The notes: generated from the letters alone by a model not told the origin. A DNA stretch of 64,000 bases from Octopus sinensis (GCF_006345805.1 NC_043000.1:54436001-54500000), one strand, 5' to 3'. Positions 37,613 to 49,688 are shown, counted from the stretch's first letter. Made by a program: numbers and translations.

Positions 37613-37836
37613 ATGTATGTGTATTGTTTGTTCGCCGGATACCCCGGTTCGGTTCAGGTACATAATGTTGATAAGCAACAATAACGGGAAAATGTCGGCA
37701 TCCATCACTCCTAAGTTCGGTTCGAGGCAAGTTGTCTCAACTCTATTAATTTCAGGTATGTTCACCCTCAACATTAACAGGTCTTCTCCAAGCGCTATGT
37801 TGAAGCGAATCCGGTGAACAGGCAAAACACACACAT
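37613..37836. mobile_element. MITE-like unit 1 with ~30-bp terminal inverted repeats
   Basis: Start ATGTATGTGTATTGTTTGTTCGCCGGATAC versus revcomp of end ATGTGTGTGTTTTGCCTGTTCACCGGATTC. No clear TSD. Confidence 0.55.
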
Positions 37837-37949
37837 GGTTTATACGCGATCTATTAATTTCTCACCACGAACGCTGCTTTTTAATTCGTTATTGAATTTA
37901 ACGTTACATGTGCATTGCGTTGAAACATCAACAAATAGTCCTTGCACTA

Positions 37950-38184
37950 TTTATATATATTCATTGACTGGCGGATTGATTCTTCCCAGATTCGATTCAG
38001 GCACGCAATGTTGACAACCTAGAAAAAATGGTTAAATATCGGCATACATCACTCCTTAATTCGATATGAGGTGAGTTGTCTGGCCAGTTGATGACTTGTA
38101 GGTGTTTTAACAGATAGCATTCAAAGGGGTCTTCCCCAGAAGGTGTATCGCAGTGAATCCGGCGAACAAACAGAACACATACAT
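37950..38184. mobile_element. MITE-like unit 2, diverged tandem homolog of unit 1
   Basis: Shares TTCG(G/A)TTCAGG(T/C)AC..ATGTTGA, TCGGCAT(C/A)CATCACTCCT, GGTCTTC and GAATCCGG(T/C)GAACA with unit 1. Left TIR eroded. Confidence 0.55.
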
Positions 38185-40729
38185 CATGTGCGATCGAAAG
38201 TATATATACATATATACATATGCATGAGTACATTTGCATACACATCCCACCACACACACACACTTATACACATACATAAACATACACATACACATATACG
38301 CATACATACTGAATTATTTCAGATGTAATTTGAAAGTAGTTCAGAATGAAAATGACAAATTTATAGAATTATTAGCTTGAAATATTTTAACATATGGCAT
38401 ATTGACATCGGCTATAAATTTCCGTACACATGTGAATGTAAGTGAAGCTTGCAATTTTGAATCGTATGAAAATTATATTATGGAAATTATTGTCTACATT
38501 GAAATGAACAAATGTTTTGTACTAGTGTTTTATGAATAACATTGAATGAATATTACCAGTAAGCAACCAGATGACTATAAGCGTTACATCCATATTACAA
38601 CAACTTTTTATTTGCCATTTAATTTAATAAGATTTGATATTTATACATGAAAAAGGTTATAAGTTCACCAACATTGTGAACGTTTTACGAAGTTATTATT
38701 AGCTTTAGGGTTTTATTAAAGTAAGTGTTTTCCAAGTACACGAATAGAAATTGGAATTTGAAATTTTATTAATATATGCTTTATAATTATATTTGCAGAA
38801 ACACCTCGATTATAAATGACTATTTTCCTATTATTTTTTTTTTCAATTGTCTTATTTCCATTTCGTATTCTCATTGCTCTAGCAAATTAAATTTCGTTGT
38901 GCGCATGTACTTCGATTTTCTGTTTTATAATGAGTTCAAAGTGTGCTACGCAAGATGTATGCAGTGCATACTAGTGCTATATTCAGTTTGTACTACGTGT
39001 TTGCAAGATATTACTTCTGTTTCTGAATCTATTCTACTCATTCTTAAAACAATTATCATCACAGTTATTCTATGTTTTCTAGGTTTCTTATACTTGTTAT
39101 CACTATTTTCAGATGTTGGTATCTGAAGACTTTTAACTTTTTGTCAGAAATATTTTAGCATGTATTGATACGTATTCTTTGATTAGGTAGCATTTACTTT
39201 CCCGTCATTGCCAACTGAGTTCGGTCGATATTCGTTGACCTCCCAGTTTGTGTGAATGTGTTTGACCAAGATCATGATCGCATGGTAATTTTCAAAAAAA
39301 AACTTTTTTTCTTCTAATTTTATACCGTTTTTGTTATATTCGCATACGATAAGGCTCCCGTAATTTCCACTGGATTGTTGAGCCAAATTTAGTCATGCCG
39401 GAAAATGTGTTCATTCTTGTTCAATATTAAATACTGAAAAGCAATGTGCTAGTTTTTCTTTTCCAGGTTCCACATATTCTGCAGATATTTAATATATTTT
39501 TTTATTTGTTACACATTTTGTTGGGAAGAACGAGGACCATTGATTTCTCATCATTATTGCAGATATATGATATGCGTAGACGGGACCGGCAAAATCATGT
39601 AATCGGGATATCAGATTTCTTGTGATGCCTTATACTGGAGATGTATGCAATCGAATGAGGAGAGAAAATGTCACTCATTTACTTGCGAAATTTCAGAAAA
39701 CTGCTTTGCAATTAATAATGTCTAGGCTATCAGTGCCGCGGGCTGACAACAGCACGATTCTTCTCATTAAGCACTAGAAGGGACTGTGTACAAACAGCAG
39801 TACCTTCTATTCTCCTGCACCGACGAAAGTGGTTGAAAGAGAAAATAAAGATTAAAGCAATAAGTTTTTAAATGAGAGAAATGTGATCTCACGAAAATGA
39901 CAATCAATATATTTCTCTATTCTGGTGAGTACCATTTCCTAACAGGGAACAGTTTGATTTATATTCTCTTCAACCAAAGATAATTTTGAATAAATCACAA
40001 ATTATGTTTTATGGTATTTAATATATATTTATTCGTCATTATTGTTTATATGCATGAACTTACCCACACTTATTTGTTTATCTTATTTCCTTTTTATTTT
40101 AATCGTGCATATTAATTTAGGCAAGACTGTTCTCTTTTCTTTTGCTGTACGTTTCACACTACTATTTTCATAGTTTCAGTTTTTGGACATTAGCCATGCC
40201 GAGGCTTCGTCTTGACGTGATTGATCGCTTCATTGACATCAACCTACCAACATCTATTTCACCAGTTAATTAGGCCATCAGTTAGATATTTATCGAATTG
40301 TAGTCTTTTGCTCGTTGATGCAAAAAAGTCATACTTTTTGAAACAACACGGGTTTGAAATAAACAACGGAAACGAGCAATTCGACAAATATATATTGCTA
40401 TAATTTATCTCAGACAAAAATAAGCACTGTAGTATAAGTGAATAACTAAACTTTCGCAACATGCCCAGCTACATGTTCTAGTGAGTACAACAGTTAAATT
40501 AAGAAAGGAAACAACCATGAAATGAATAATAGTAATACAAATAGAATTTATGGACAAGACCTTGCTGACGAGGAAGCCGGTTATATCAACCACAATACTT
40601 AGCCTGCATTTTATCGACCCAGAGACATGATCACATCGAGATTCGAGCTAATAACGTAAAAAGGAGGAATAACTAATGTAAAGCATAAGTTTGGATCTTT
40701 CAAAAATTATAGTAGTTCTCGCCAATAGC

Positions 40730-40819
40730 AATAATACTAATAATAATAATAATAATAATAATAATCAAAATAATAACAACAACAACAACAACAACAACAA
40801 TAACAACAACAACATCAAC

Positions 40820-40851
<32 letters not shown>

Positions 40852-40866
40852 AATAATAATAATAAT

Positions 40867-40918
<52 letters not shown>
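40730..40918. repeat. (AAT)(AAC)(AAT) microsatellite
   Basis: Direct reading. Confidence 0.95.
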
Positions 40919-40919
<1 letters not shown>

Positions 40920-40928
40920 AGGCTCTAA

Positions 40929-41146
40929 TGCGTTTGTGTGAGTGTGTTTGTCCCCCTAGCATTGCTTGACAACCAATGCTGGTGTGTTTATGTTCCCGTT
41001 ACTTAGAGGTTCGGCAAAAGAGACCGATAGAATAAGTACTGGGCTTACAAAAGAATAAGTCCCGGGGTCGACTTGCTCGATTAAAGGCGGTGCTCCAGCA
41101 TGGCCGCAGTCAAATGACTGAAACAAGTAAAAGAGTAAAAAGAGTA
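40929..41146 (+). mobile_element. SINE family A, 3' half only
   Basis: GTGTTTGTCCCCC..GCTTGACAACC..GGCGGTGCTCCAGCATGGCCGCAGTCAAATGACTGAAACAAGTAAAAGAG; head absent. Confidence 0.85.
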
Positions 41147-41821
41147 TGCAGTAAGAATGTCTTGAGGCAATATATAATCCCTGATGCAGTACCAAGGCTC
41201 TGATGCAGTGTCATTGCCCTGATGCAGTACCAGGCAATGGCTCACATGGCTTCTGATCTTAACTGATTCGAAGTGTTATCCTGTCCGTTGTTTTCTCTTG
41301 GTATAATAGATGAGCTACAGCAAATATTCTGTTCAATAATACAGATTTGCTTGTCAGTTGTTTGACCTGACCTTAACCAGTTGAGCATACTCTTTAAAGG
41401 CTGACGATATGTGCAAATATTGTGCTCAATATCACAGATTTGCTTGATATTTAACAGTTGAGCATGTCTCTTATTGACTGACGATATGTGCAGCACTGAC
41501 CATGATCGCTGTAGTGGGGGAGCATCATAGCCATGTGTTGAGAGGAAGTCTTTGGAATTTGGATAATTCATCACTGGACGCCTGGGTGTTTCGTTCAACC
41601 TCATTAAACAACCCTTATTCAAGGACCTCTTGAATGGGATGGGCTACTCGACCTGGGCCCCACCCGTAAGCTCAAGAGTTTTTAATCCTCATGTCGTGCA
41701 CACATGTTTGTGATGCATGTGCCTTGTGTACCCTTATGAGACGTGTAGTCATAATGGGTATTCTGGGCTTCGTATATTTTACCCCAGTGTCACTTTGATG
41801 GCATGCACTGCTCTCTCACTC
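41147..41821 (+). mobile_element. Non-coding interspersed repeat ending at an AAT run (probable 3' UTR of a non-LTR element, or SINE-like)
   Basis: GC-richer block with three CTGATGCAGT copies (41180-41230) and an internal ~80-90-bp tandem duplication (41322-41490). It ends CTCTCTCACTC-AATAGTAATAAT. The 126-aa minus ORF has no recognisable motif. Confidence 0.45.
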
Positions 41822-41833
41822 AATAGTAATAAT

Positions 41834-42462
41834 AGACAACACATCAGAAATGGATAAGTGCAGAAATTGTGGACAGAATTGTGAAACCGGATGGCATATT
41901 ACCAGTCAATGTACGCCACTAGCCCAGAAAAAATATAAGCTTAGCAAGGATTGTCCTTTGGCCGCTTTGCAACAAGTACGGAGTTGATAGAGTAAAAAAC
42001 TAGTACGAACAAAAACCCGAAGGAATAATCGAATATGATAATGCAAAGATCTTATGGGATTTTATGATTCAGTGCAATTTTGAGCAGAGAATAGGAAACG
42101 AGACATGGTGTTAATTGAGAAAGAAAGGAAACGATGCCGGATCATAGATATAGCATGCCAAGCTGACAACAATGTATGCAATAAAGAATAAAAAATCAAT
42201 AGATATGGCAGGTTAGCTTGGGAGGTTAAGCAGCTGTGGTCACTGAAAAAGGTTGTAGTACTAACGTTAATTGTCGGAGCCCTGGGAAGAGTAACTAAAA
42301 ATCATGCAAATTACATGGAACAAATAGGGTTTGCAATAAGTGTGGAGAATTTGCAGAAAGCAGCACTGTCTGGAACCACTCGAATACTCCGGATGGTGCT
42401 CAAAGAATAAGGGTAGTATATCATAGCTTTAGAATTCGTGCAAAAGCAATGATTATGAAAAT
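41834..42462 (+). mobile_element. R4/Dong-like LINE 3' fragment (knuckle plus RLE)
   Basis: DKCRNCGQNCETGWHITSQCTPLAQKKY..AKILWDFMIQ..RKRDMVLIEKE..RIIDIAC..LIVGALG..LQKAALSGTTRILRMVLKE*. AAT runs at both ends. Confidence 0.92.
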
Positions 42463-42470
42463 AATAATAA

Positions 42471-42660
42471 TGCTTTCAAATTTTGCCAAAAGTGCAGCAG
42501 TTCATCGACCCCAGTGTTTCACTGGTACTTAATTTATCGACCCCGAAAGGATGAAAGGCAAATTGGACCTCGGCGGAATTTGAACCAGAACGTTACGGCA
42601 GACGAAATGCCGCTAAGCAGTTCGCCCGGCGTGCTAACGATTCTGCCAGCTCACTGCCTT
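42471..42660 (-). mobile_element. SINE family B
   Basis: ATCGACCCCAGTG..GGATGAAAGGC..CCTCGGCGGAATTTGAAC..CTGCCAGCTCACTGCCTT. Confidence 0.85.
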
Positions 42661-42761
42661 AATAATGATAATATTAATATTAATGATAATAATAATAATG
42701 ATAATAATAATAAATAATAATAATAATAATAAATAATAATAATAATGATGATAATGATAAG

Positions 42762-42847
<86 letters not shown>

Positions 42848-42854
42848 GGATAAG

Positions 42855-42907
<53 letters not shown>

Positions 42908-42935
42908 TAAAAATAAAGATAATGATAATGATAAG

Positions 42936-42992
<57 letters not shown>

Positions 42993-43022
42993 TATTATTA
43001 TTATATTATTATTATTATTATA
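42661..43022. repeat. (AAT/ATG)n microsatellite with higher-order blocks
   Basis: The block ATGATAAGGATAATGATAATG recurs three times. The array ends in a switch to (ATT)n. Confidence 0.95.
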
Positions 43023-44543
43023 GGATGCACCGTGGCATACACAATGCAGAAAAACTATATCTCTTAAAGGACAAGAATTGCGCAGTGTACTCCAAGCAAC
43101 AACTGAAATTAAAATATTAATCGTTCAGTCATTCATATGATTTATATTACATGCAGAAATTATGTTGGTATGAGGATGCAGTACTGTACGTTGTAAAAAG
43201 ATTCAAGCTGCAATTGCATTGGGCATACGTTTAACTATCTTAGAGAATAACTTATGTTTTCTATAAGATATAAGTGAATATTTTCTGTTCAGTTAGATAA
43301 ATTGTTTAATATGAGTAAACAAGCTCATGGAAGTGCACATAATATTCAGCAAATCTTTTTCCAACTCCAAAACTGTGATTATTAATTCGGAAATGGCAAA
43401 TTAGTTTTCTTTTTTTGTCTTCTTTTTACGCTAATTGAGATTACGCTGAATTTAATATTTCAGCGAATGCACAAGTGATGCACCAGCATTGCTTCGAACT
43501 TATGATCGCATTTTGCAGAAGCGTAATGAAAATTAACTGTTCCGCTGATTTTATATAGAAATTATATTGCTTCAAAATATACATATTTGGAATTGAATAT
43601 ATAAATGAATGGCGTCGTTCAGGGTGAAGTTTTTTTAAATCCGTCAATTGCAGCCCTTTCAGCAAATTAACTGCATTAGTTGCAGAGCTAATGTTGATCT
43701 TGCAGAAACATTCCATAATGAGTTACGGCATTGCAAATTGAATAGAAATGCTTTATCTAAAAACAAAATATTTATCTTTAAAATATTACAAGTGGATGCA
43801 GAAATTAACTTATCTTTCTGATGTCGAAAGTAACTTACCTTTTTGATACTTATTCAGAATTGAATAACTTAAAATATCTACATACACGGACGTGATAGAA
43901 CCGTTATTGGTTTAACGGAGAAAATAAATGCGTTTAAAGAAAAACAAATGTCGTGGAAAGAAAAAAAAATGAATGAAGGAAAACTACCTCTTTTCAAGCA
44001 TTCATTCCACTGAAATAAAATCACGATCATAATTTTTGTCGCATACAGAATATTATTTTGAATGACCTGACAAAGCTGATAAAAGACCCCCATTCACTAT
44101 ATTCCATCGGAAGCTGAGGAATTCAGTTAGCTGTGAATTCCATTTAGCAGATATTACCGATTTGTATGAAAATTTTGTCAACAATCATAAATCCTAAGGA
44201 CAATATATTAAAATACAAAAGTGTGTGACAGTTATATCTTCATTCAAAAATGTGGAATGTATCAGCATCTTGGCTAAATATTAGAAACGAAGAAAACAAC
44301 AGTTGGAAGTGCGGAAATGAAACGCTTTGTCAAGTTCATATAACTCAACTCGGGAATGCAAACTTAAATACAAAACATGCGATTGCAATCGCCTTATGAT
44401 TTGATTTAGATACACATTATCAAATATAAAAATCTAGAATAGAAGAACTAAATTTATTACATTAAAAGTGAGAAATTGGCATAGAAACTGACATTTTACT
44501 AAGTTATGAACACAGTCATAGCTTAATTAATGCTTCTTACTGT

Positions 44544-44757
44544 TAAGACGGTGTGATGGCAGAATCGTTAGTGATCCGGGGAAAATGCTTAACGCTATTT
44601 CCCCCGACTCTATGTTCTGAGTTCAAATTCCACTGTGGTCGACTTTGCGTTCATTTCGGAGCCGATATCATGAGTACCAGTCGAGCACTAAGGTCGGCGT
44701 GATCGAGTTAACTAAGCGCCTAAACTTTCTTAGTCTTGTGCCAAAATATGAAACCAA
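44544..44757 (+). mobile_element. SINE family B
   Basis: GGCAGAATCGTTAG..GAGTTCAAATTCCACTG.GGTCGACTTTGC; tail TTGTGCCAAAATATGAAACC. Confidence 0.8.
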
Positions 44758-45060
44758 TATTACTAAATCATGGATAAAAATAATTGCTTTATGACGTTTC
44801 TAAACTTCTTGACTGTCTTTTCACTTGAGTGAAAGTAATTTTTATTTGAGCAAGTGAAAATATTACATAAAGCCACAGATAGCATACAAAACTTCAGTCA
44901 TCTTCTTGAATATGAAACCTCGAGAACTCATATTTGTAGATCACGGTAATTGTAACATTAATTGGCTAGTCTCAGTTGCTGATTCAGTTCTCAAGCAATA
45001 AAATCTATTTTCAAACTTTAGCAGAGACAGAAGGTTGTTCGAAACCTTTTACCATATACC

Positions 45061-45297
45061 TATTTCTTTACTACCCACAAGGGTAGTAAAGAAACACAGA
45101 GAGGACAAACAAGGACAGACAAACGGACTAAGTCGATCACATCGACCCCAGTGCGTAACTGGTACTTAATTTATGATCCCGAAAGGATGAAAGGCAAAGT
45201 CAACCTCGGCGGAATTTGAACTCAGAACGTAACAGCAGACGAAATACGGCTACGCATTTCGCCCGGCGTGCTAATGATTCTGCCAGCTCGCCGCCTT
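45061..45297 (-). mobile_element. SINE family B monomer with 15-bp TSD
   Basis: TSD CTTTTACCATATACC at 45046-45060 and 45301-45315. Confidence 0.92.
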
Positions 45298-45431
45298 TAT
45301 CTTTTACCATATACCATGCGGTACTGATTCCACATTTCTACCTCAAATAGATATTACATTATTCCTCACTATACTTACTATCATAGTAAATATAATCGTA
45401 CATTGTATAATACACGATTATAATAATACTG

Positions 45432-45434
45432 ATG

Positions 45435-45530
<96 letters not shown>

Positions 45531-45543
45531 GTTGTTGTTGTTG

Positions 45544-45579
<36 letters not shown>

Positions 45580-45597
45580 GGTTGATGTTGTTGTTAT
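45432..45597. repeat. (AAT)n-(ATT)n-(GTT)n microsatellite
   Basis: Direct reading; the AAT and ATT arms form a palindrome. Confidence 0.95.
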
Positions 45598-46155
45598 TTT
45601 TAAATGCTGTTTAAAGATATCAAACATTATATTCTGAGTAACTCCTGTTACTCTCTTTCATATTAATATTTCTCTCACCTTTTCTAGAAGATGCCATATC
45701 ATTGTGCGAATGATCATCAATATGCTTTTAAATAATATAAATATCTTAAATACTGAACTTTCCTCAACTTTTCCCAAAAGTAGAATGGTCCAACCAATAT
45801 TCCGATAATCGTTGTTTACAAAATGAATGGAAATATCTCTACTTCATCATATAAATCGTTATAACATCCAATATTACGCTAAGATATCTTTAATATACCG
45901 TTTGAGTTAAAATACAGTAATAATACTTCGCAGTATCGGCACAAATGTTCTCCTCTAAACGGTTCATACCCAGTAAAATTGATAAATTGCATTCTAGTGA
46001 GTCAGATCACAACGGTAACCGGATAAGTTAACTCCCGTACGCATTAAACACAGAATCTAAAATGCCAGAAAAATTATTGTACCCAACGCACCAAAGTTTC
46101 TGACACTGCAACACACCACAACAACAGTAATAACAATAATAATAATAATAATAAT

Positions 46156-46775
46156 CAAACAGCACAGCAAGAGGCTATCCACTTCACAGAAGACAGTATC
46201 AGGAATAGGAGTAAAAAGATTAGCAACTGGAAAGTAGCAGGACCTGATGTTGTACAGAGATTTTGGATTAAAATTTCAGTAGTTGCCATAAATTGATCGC
46301 CAAAGACTTTAATTCATTGATCAATGGAGAAGGTAAAATCTCGAGCAGGATGACAAAAGGGGAAACGGTATTGTGCCTGAAGGATGCATCAAAGGAGAAA
46401 TTTACTGACAATTAGAGGCTAATTTCCTCCCTCCCTTTAATGTAGAAGTTACTGTGAGGAGGAATTTCAGAAGAACTGTATAAATTTCTTGATGAGAACA
46501 AAACGGCTGTAGAAGGAGATGCAGAGGTACCAAAGATCAATTATTGAGAGACAAAATTGTAGTGCAAGATTGTAAGCGAAGGAGAACGAATCTGGGAATG
46601 GCCAGGATGGACTATCGCACAGCTTATGATATGATTACACATTAGTGGATCATCGTGTGTAAAGAACTCTTTGGAATTGCGAGGAATGGTGGGATGGAAA
46701 ACTGAAATGACATCTAATGGAAAAATTTGGGGCACCTTGCGTATCAGAAAAGGGATTTTAAAGGGTGACAGCCTA
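46156..46775 (+). mobile_element. R4/Dong-like LINE, RT fragment
   Basis: [84 protein letters not shown]. Starts right after (AAT)n. Confidence 0.9.
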
Positions 46776-47226
46776 TTGGAGATTCGTATTCCACATTGAC
46801 ATGTTGTGCTTCAGGAAGTTTGAAATCACAAGAGAAGTTTTGAAGATATCCAGCGACTTCAAGATTTTGAATGCGGTATGCTGTTGAAGGCCTTTTTATA
46901 ATCAATCCATGCAGAACTAAGATTTCTGCATTTGTTATGACAGTTCTCAAGGATCATGTGATTAAGAGTTGGTCTTAGCATCCATATGGGCCTTGTCGGC
47001 ACCATTTTTAGTTCGGTGGGGAAAATATCGTTCTGTTCCATAATTGTTTATGTTTTCTCAATGACGAAGGATGTTAAAATTTTATAGATGGTAGACAGAT
47101 ATGTTATGGGCCGGTAGTTTTCAGGAAATTTGGTTTCATTATTCTACAGGAGTACGTAAATAATATCTCTTGCTAAACAATCAGGTGTTTTCGTAAGATC
47201 TCTCATAATTTCATTGAATAACTGTT
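46776..47226 (-). mobile_element. Second R4/Dong-like RT fragment in the opposite orientation
   Basis: ENYRPITYLSTIYKILTS..MILENCHNKCRNLSSAWIDYKKAFNSIPH..LKSLDIFK. Starts next to a TAA/CAA run on its own strand. Confidence 0.9.
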
Positions 47227-47241
47227 GTAGTTGTTGTTGTC

Positions 47242-47302
<61 letters not shown>

Positions 47303-47321
47303 GTGTTAGTATTATTATTAT

Positions 47322-47808
47322 ATGTTCGACTTTTGCTTTGCGTTTGTACAAATTGGCTACAAGTCTCACCCAGAGAACTCAAGAGACAACAAGTAAGAAT
47401 TATGCCTAGGGTGTCATATATTTGGTTTTGTACATAGAATTGTTCTAGAGAATGTTTAAGAAAACAAGAAAATTGAGTTTGTTTTACAATTTGAGATTAC
47501 ATACACAGTATTTTACGTATGATATGGGCGGTTTTCATGAGCACTATCTTTTGAATGTCTGACATTTTTGGATTTACTGGTATCTGAGTTAGGTAGCAAT
47601 AAGCCACTTTTGCTATCATTCCTAGGCACCGCTGACAACAGGTATTGCTTTAGTGTTGAGGTTCACCATTTTACCATTTTCTATTTCAAGAGCTTTATAC
47701 TTACTCAGTTTTTGGTAGTCCTTGACAGATACATTTATGTCGATTGGAACAGGCATACCAATGAGGAAGCATAATTTTTGTCTGAAGTCTTTCAATATAA
47801 TGTCTTTA
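47322..47808 (-). mobile_element. R4/Dong-like LINE 3' end (RLE plus 3' UTR)
   Basis: DIILKDFRQKLCFLIGMPVPIDINVSVKDYQKLSKYKALEIE..GMIAK..IQKIVLMKTAHIIRKIL; ends in (TAA)n. Confidence 0.9.
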
Positions 47809-47819
47809 ATATTATTATA

Positions 47820-47871
<52 letters not shown>

Positions 47872-47880
47872 TTACTACTA

Positions 47881-47937
<57 letters not shown>

Positions 47938-48113
47938 ATAATAATAATAATAATAATAATATTTTTGATATCGATTGGGATAGTCATGTCAATAAGGAGG
48001 CATGATTTTTGTCTGAAGTCTTTCAATATAATGTCTTTACTATTATTATTATTATTATATTATTATTATTATATTATTATTATTATTATTATTAGTGTTA
48101 GTATTATTATTAT

Positions 48114-48600
48114 ATGTTCGACTTTTGCTTTGCGTTTGTACAAATTGGCTACAAGTCTCACCCAGAGAACTCAAGAGACAACAAGTAAGAATTATGCCTA
48201 GGGTGTCATATATTTGGTTTTGTACATAGAATTGTTCTAGAGAATGTTTAAGAAAACAAGAAAATTGAGTTTGTTTTACAATTTGAGATTACATACACAG
48301 TATTTTACGTATGATATGGGCGGTTTTCATGAGCACTATCTTTTGAATGTCTGACATTTTTGGATTTACTGGTATCTGAGTTAGGTAGCAATAAGCCACT
48401 TTTGCTATCATTCCTAGGCACCGCTGACAACAGGTATTGCTTTAGTGTTGAGGTTCACCATTTTACCATTTTCTATTTCAAGAGCTTTATACTTACTCAG
48501 TTTTTGGTAGTCCTTGACAGATACATTTATGTCGATTGGAACAGGCATACCAATGAGGAAGCATAATTTTTGTCTGAAGTCTTTCAATATAATGTCTTTA
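48114..48600 (-). mobile_element. Duplicate of the R4/Dong-like 3' end at 47322-47808
   Basis: Same sequence shifted by 792 bp. Confidence 0.9.
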
Positions 48601-48611
48601 ATATTATTATA

Positions 48612-48657
<46 letters not shown>

Positions 48658-48695
48658 TACTACTACTACTACTACTACCACTACTACTACTACTA

Positions 48696-48730
<35 letters not shown>

Positions 48731-48833
48731 ATAATAATAATAATAATAATAATATTTTTGATATCGATTGGGATAGTCATGTCAATAAGGAGGCATGATT
48801 TTTGTCTGAAGTCTTTCAATATAATGTCTTTAC

Positions 48834-48866
<33 letters not shown>

Positions 48867-48900
48867 CATCATCATCATCATCCTCCTCCTCATCATCATT

Positions 48901-49688
48901 ATATCCTTATCACAGGTTTCTTTTGCCTTAAGAGTATTACATGCGTAACGGGCTTACTACCTGCAACCGACGGTACCATACTGTTCGTTCTTTTCAGCTA
49001 TCCAATACTTTCCTGATTATTCTCGCTGTGCCAATAAGGCGAACATTTTTTAATAGATCTACTGGGAACTCTATTCCAATTTCCTTTATATTTCTCTTTA
49101 TATCTTCTGATACAGTTCCCAAAGACCCAGCTGTAATTGGCAGTATCTGTAACTTCTTCATTTTCCTTAGCCGGACTATTTTCTACTTAAGAGGGTTGTT
49201 TCTAACTATCTTTTCGCCTTCCTTCTTGACTATTCATGGATCAAAGGGACATACAAAGGGGCAGCTATACAGTATATGTGGTGCACCTTGTCCACCACCA
49301 CTATCTCCGGTCTGTTATGCTCTAGCAACTGATTTGTTTTGATTGTGAAATCCCAGAGGAAGTTGCTAGTCTACGACACTGCAACTCTCTGCGGTTTATA
49401 CTGATACCATGTGTTGCCTCTCTCTAGCTTCCAATATTCCCATAGTTCCCAATGTAGCACTTTCGCTACCTGGTTGTGTCGCCAAAACATGTAGTGGTTT
49501 TGGGCATGTCTATGGCATTCGTTAGTGATATGGGCAATGGTTTCATTCACCCTATTGCAGACACGGCGCAGCAGAGATACTTGCTCATTCCTCAGGTTTT
49601 CACTGCAGTTCGTGACCAGAGCTTGGTCCTATGCGTGAGTTTATTGCCGAAATTATTTTTTGGCATTCAGCTTTGAAGCCAAATATTA
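48901..49688 (-). mobile_element. R4/Dong-like LINE 3' fragment, a different subfamily
   Basis: DQALVTN..ETIAHITNEC..WRHNQVAKVLHWEL..FLWDFTIKTNQLLEHNRPEIVVVDK..ITAGSLGTV..LIGTARIIRKVL. Bounded by (GAT/TAA)n tracts. Confidence 0.9.

Larger units (their letters stand above)
47301..48833. repeat. Tandem duplication, period about 792 bp (47301-48040 and 48093-48833)
   Basis: Identical 68-aa track ORFs at 47568 and 48360. The unique sequence appears identical, with differences only in microsatellite tracts. Confidence 0.95.

Noticed and set aside
39247-39598. Two micro-exon candidates (39247-39284, 39563-39598) joining to an EF-hand-like VFDQDHDRMI
   Set aside because: Key EF-hand positions 6 and 12 are wrong, the second donor is weak, and such short frames arise by chance.
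41242-41622. 126-aa minus ORF
   Set aside because: Lies in a non-coding repeat with internal tandem duplication; no recognisable domain.
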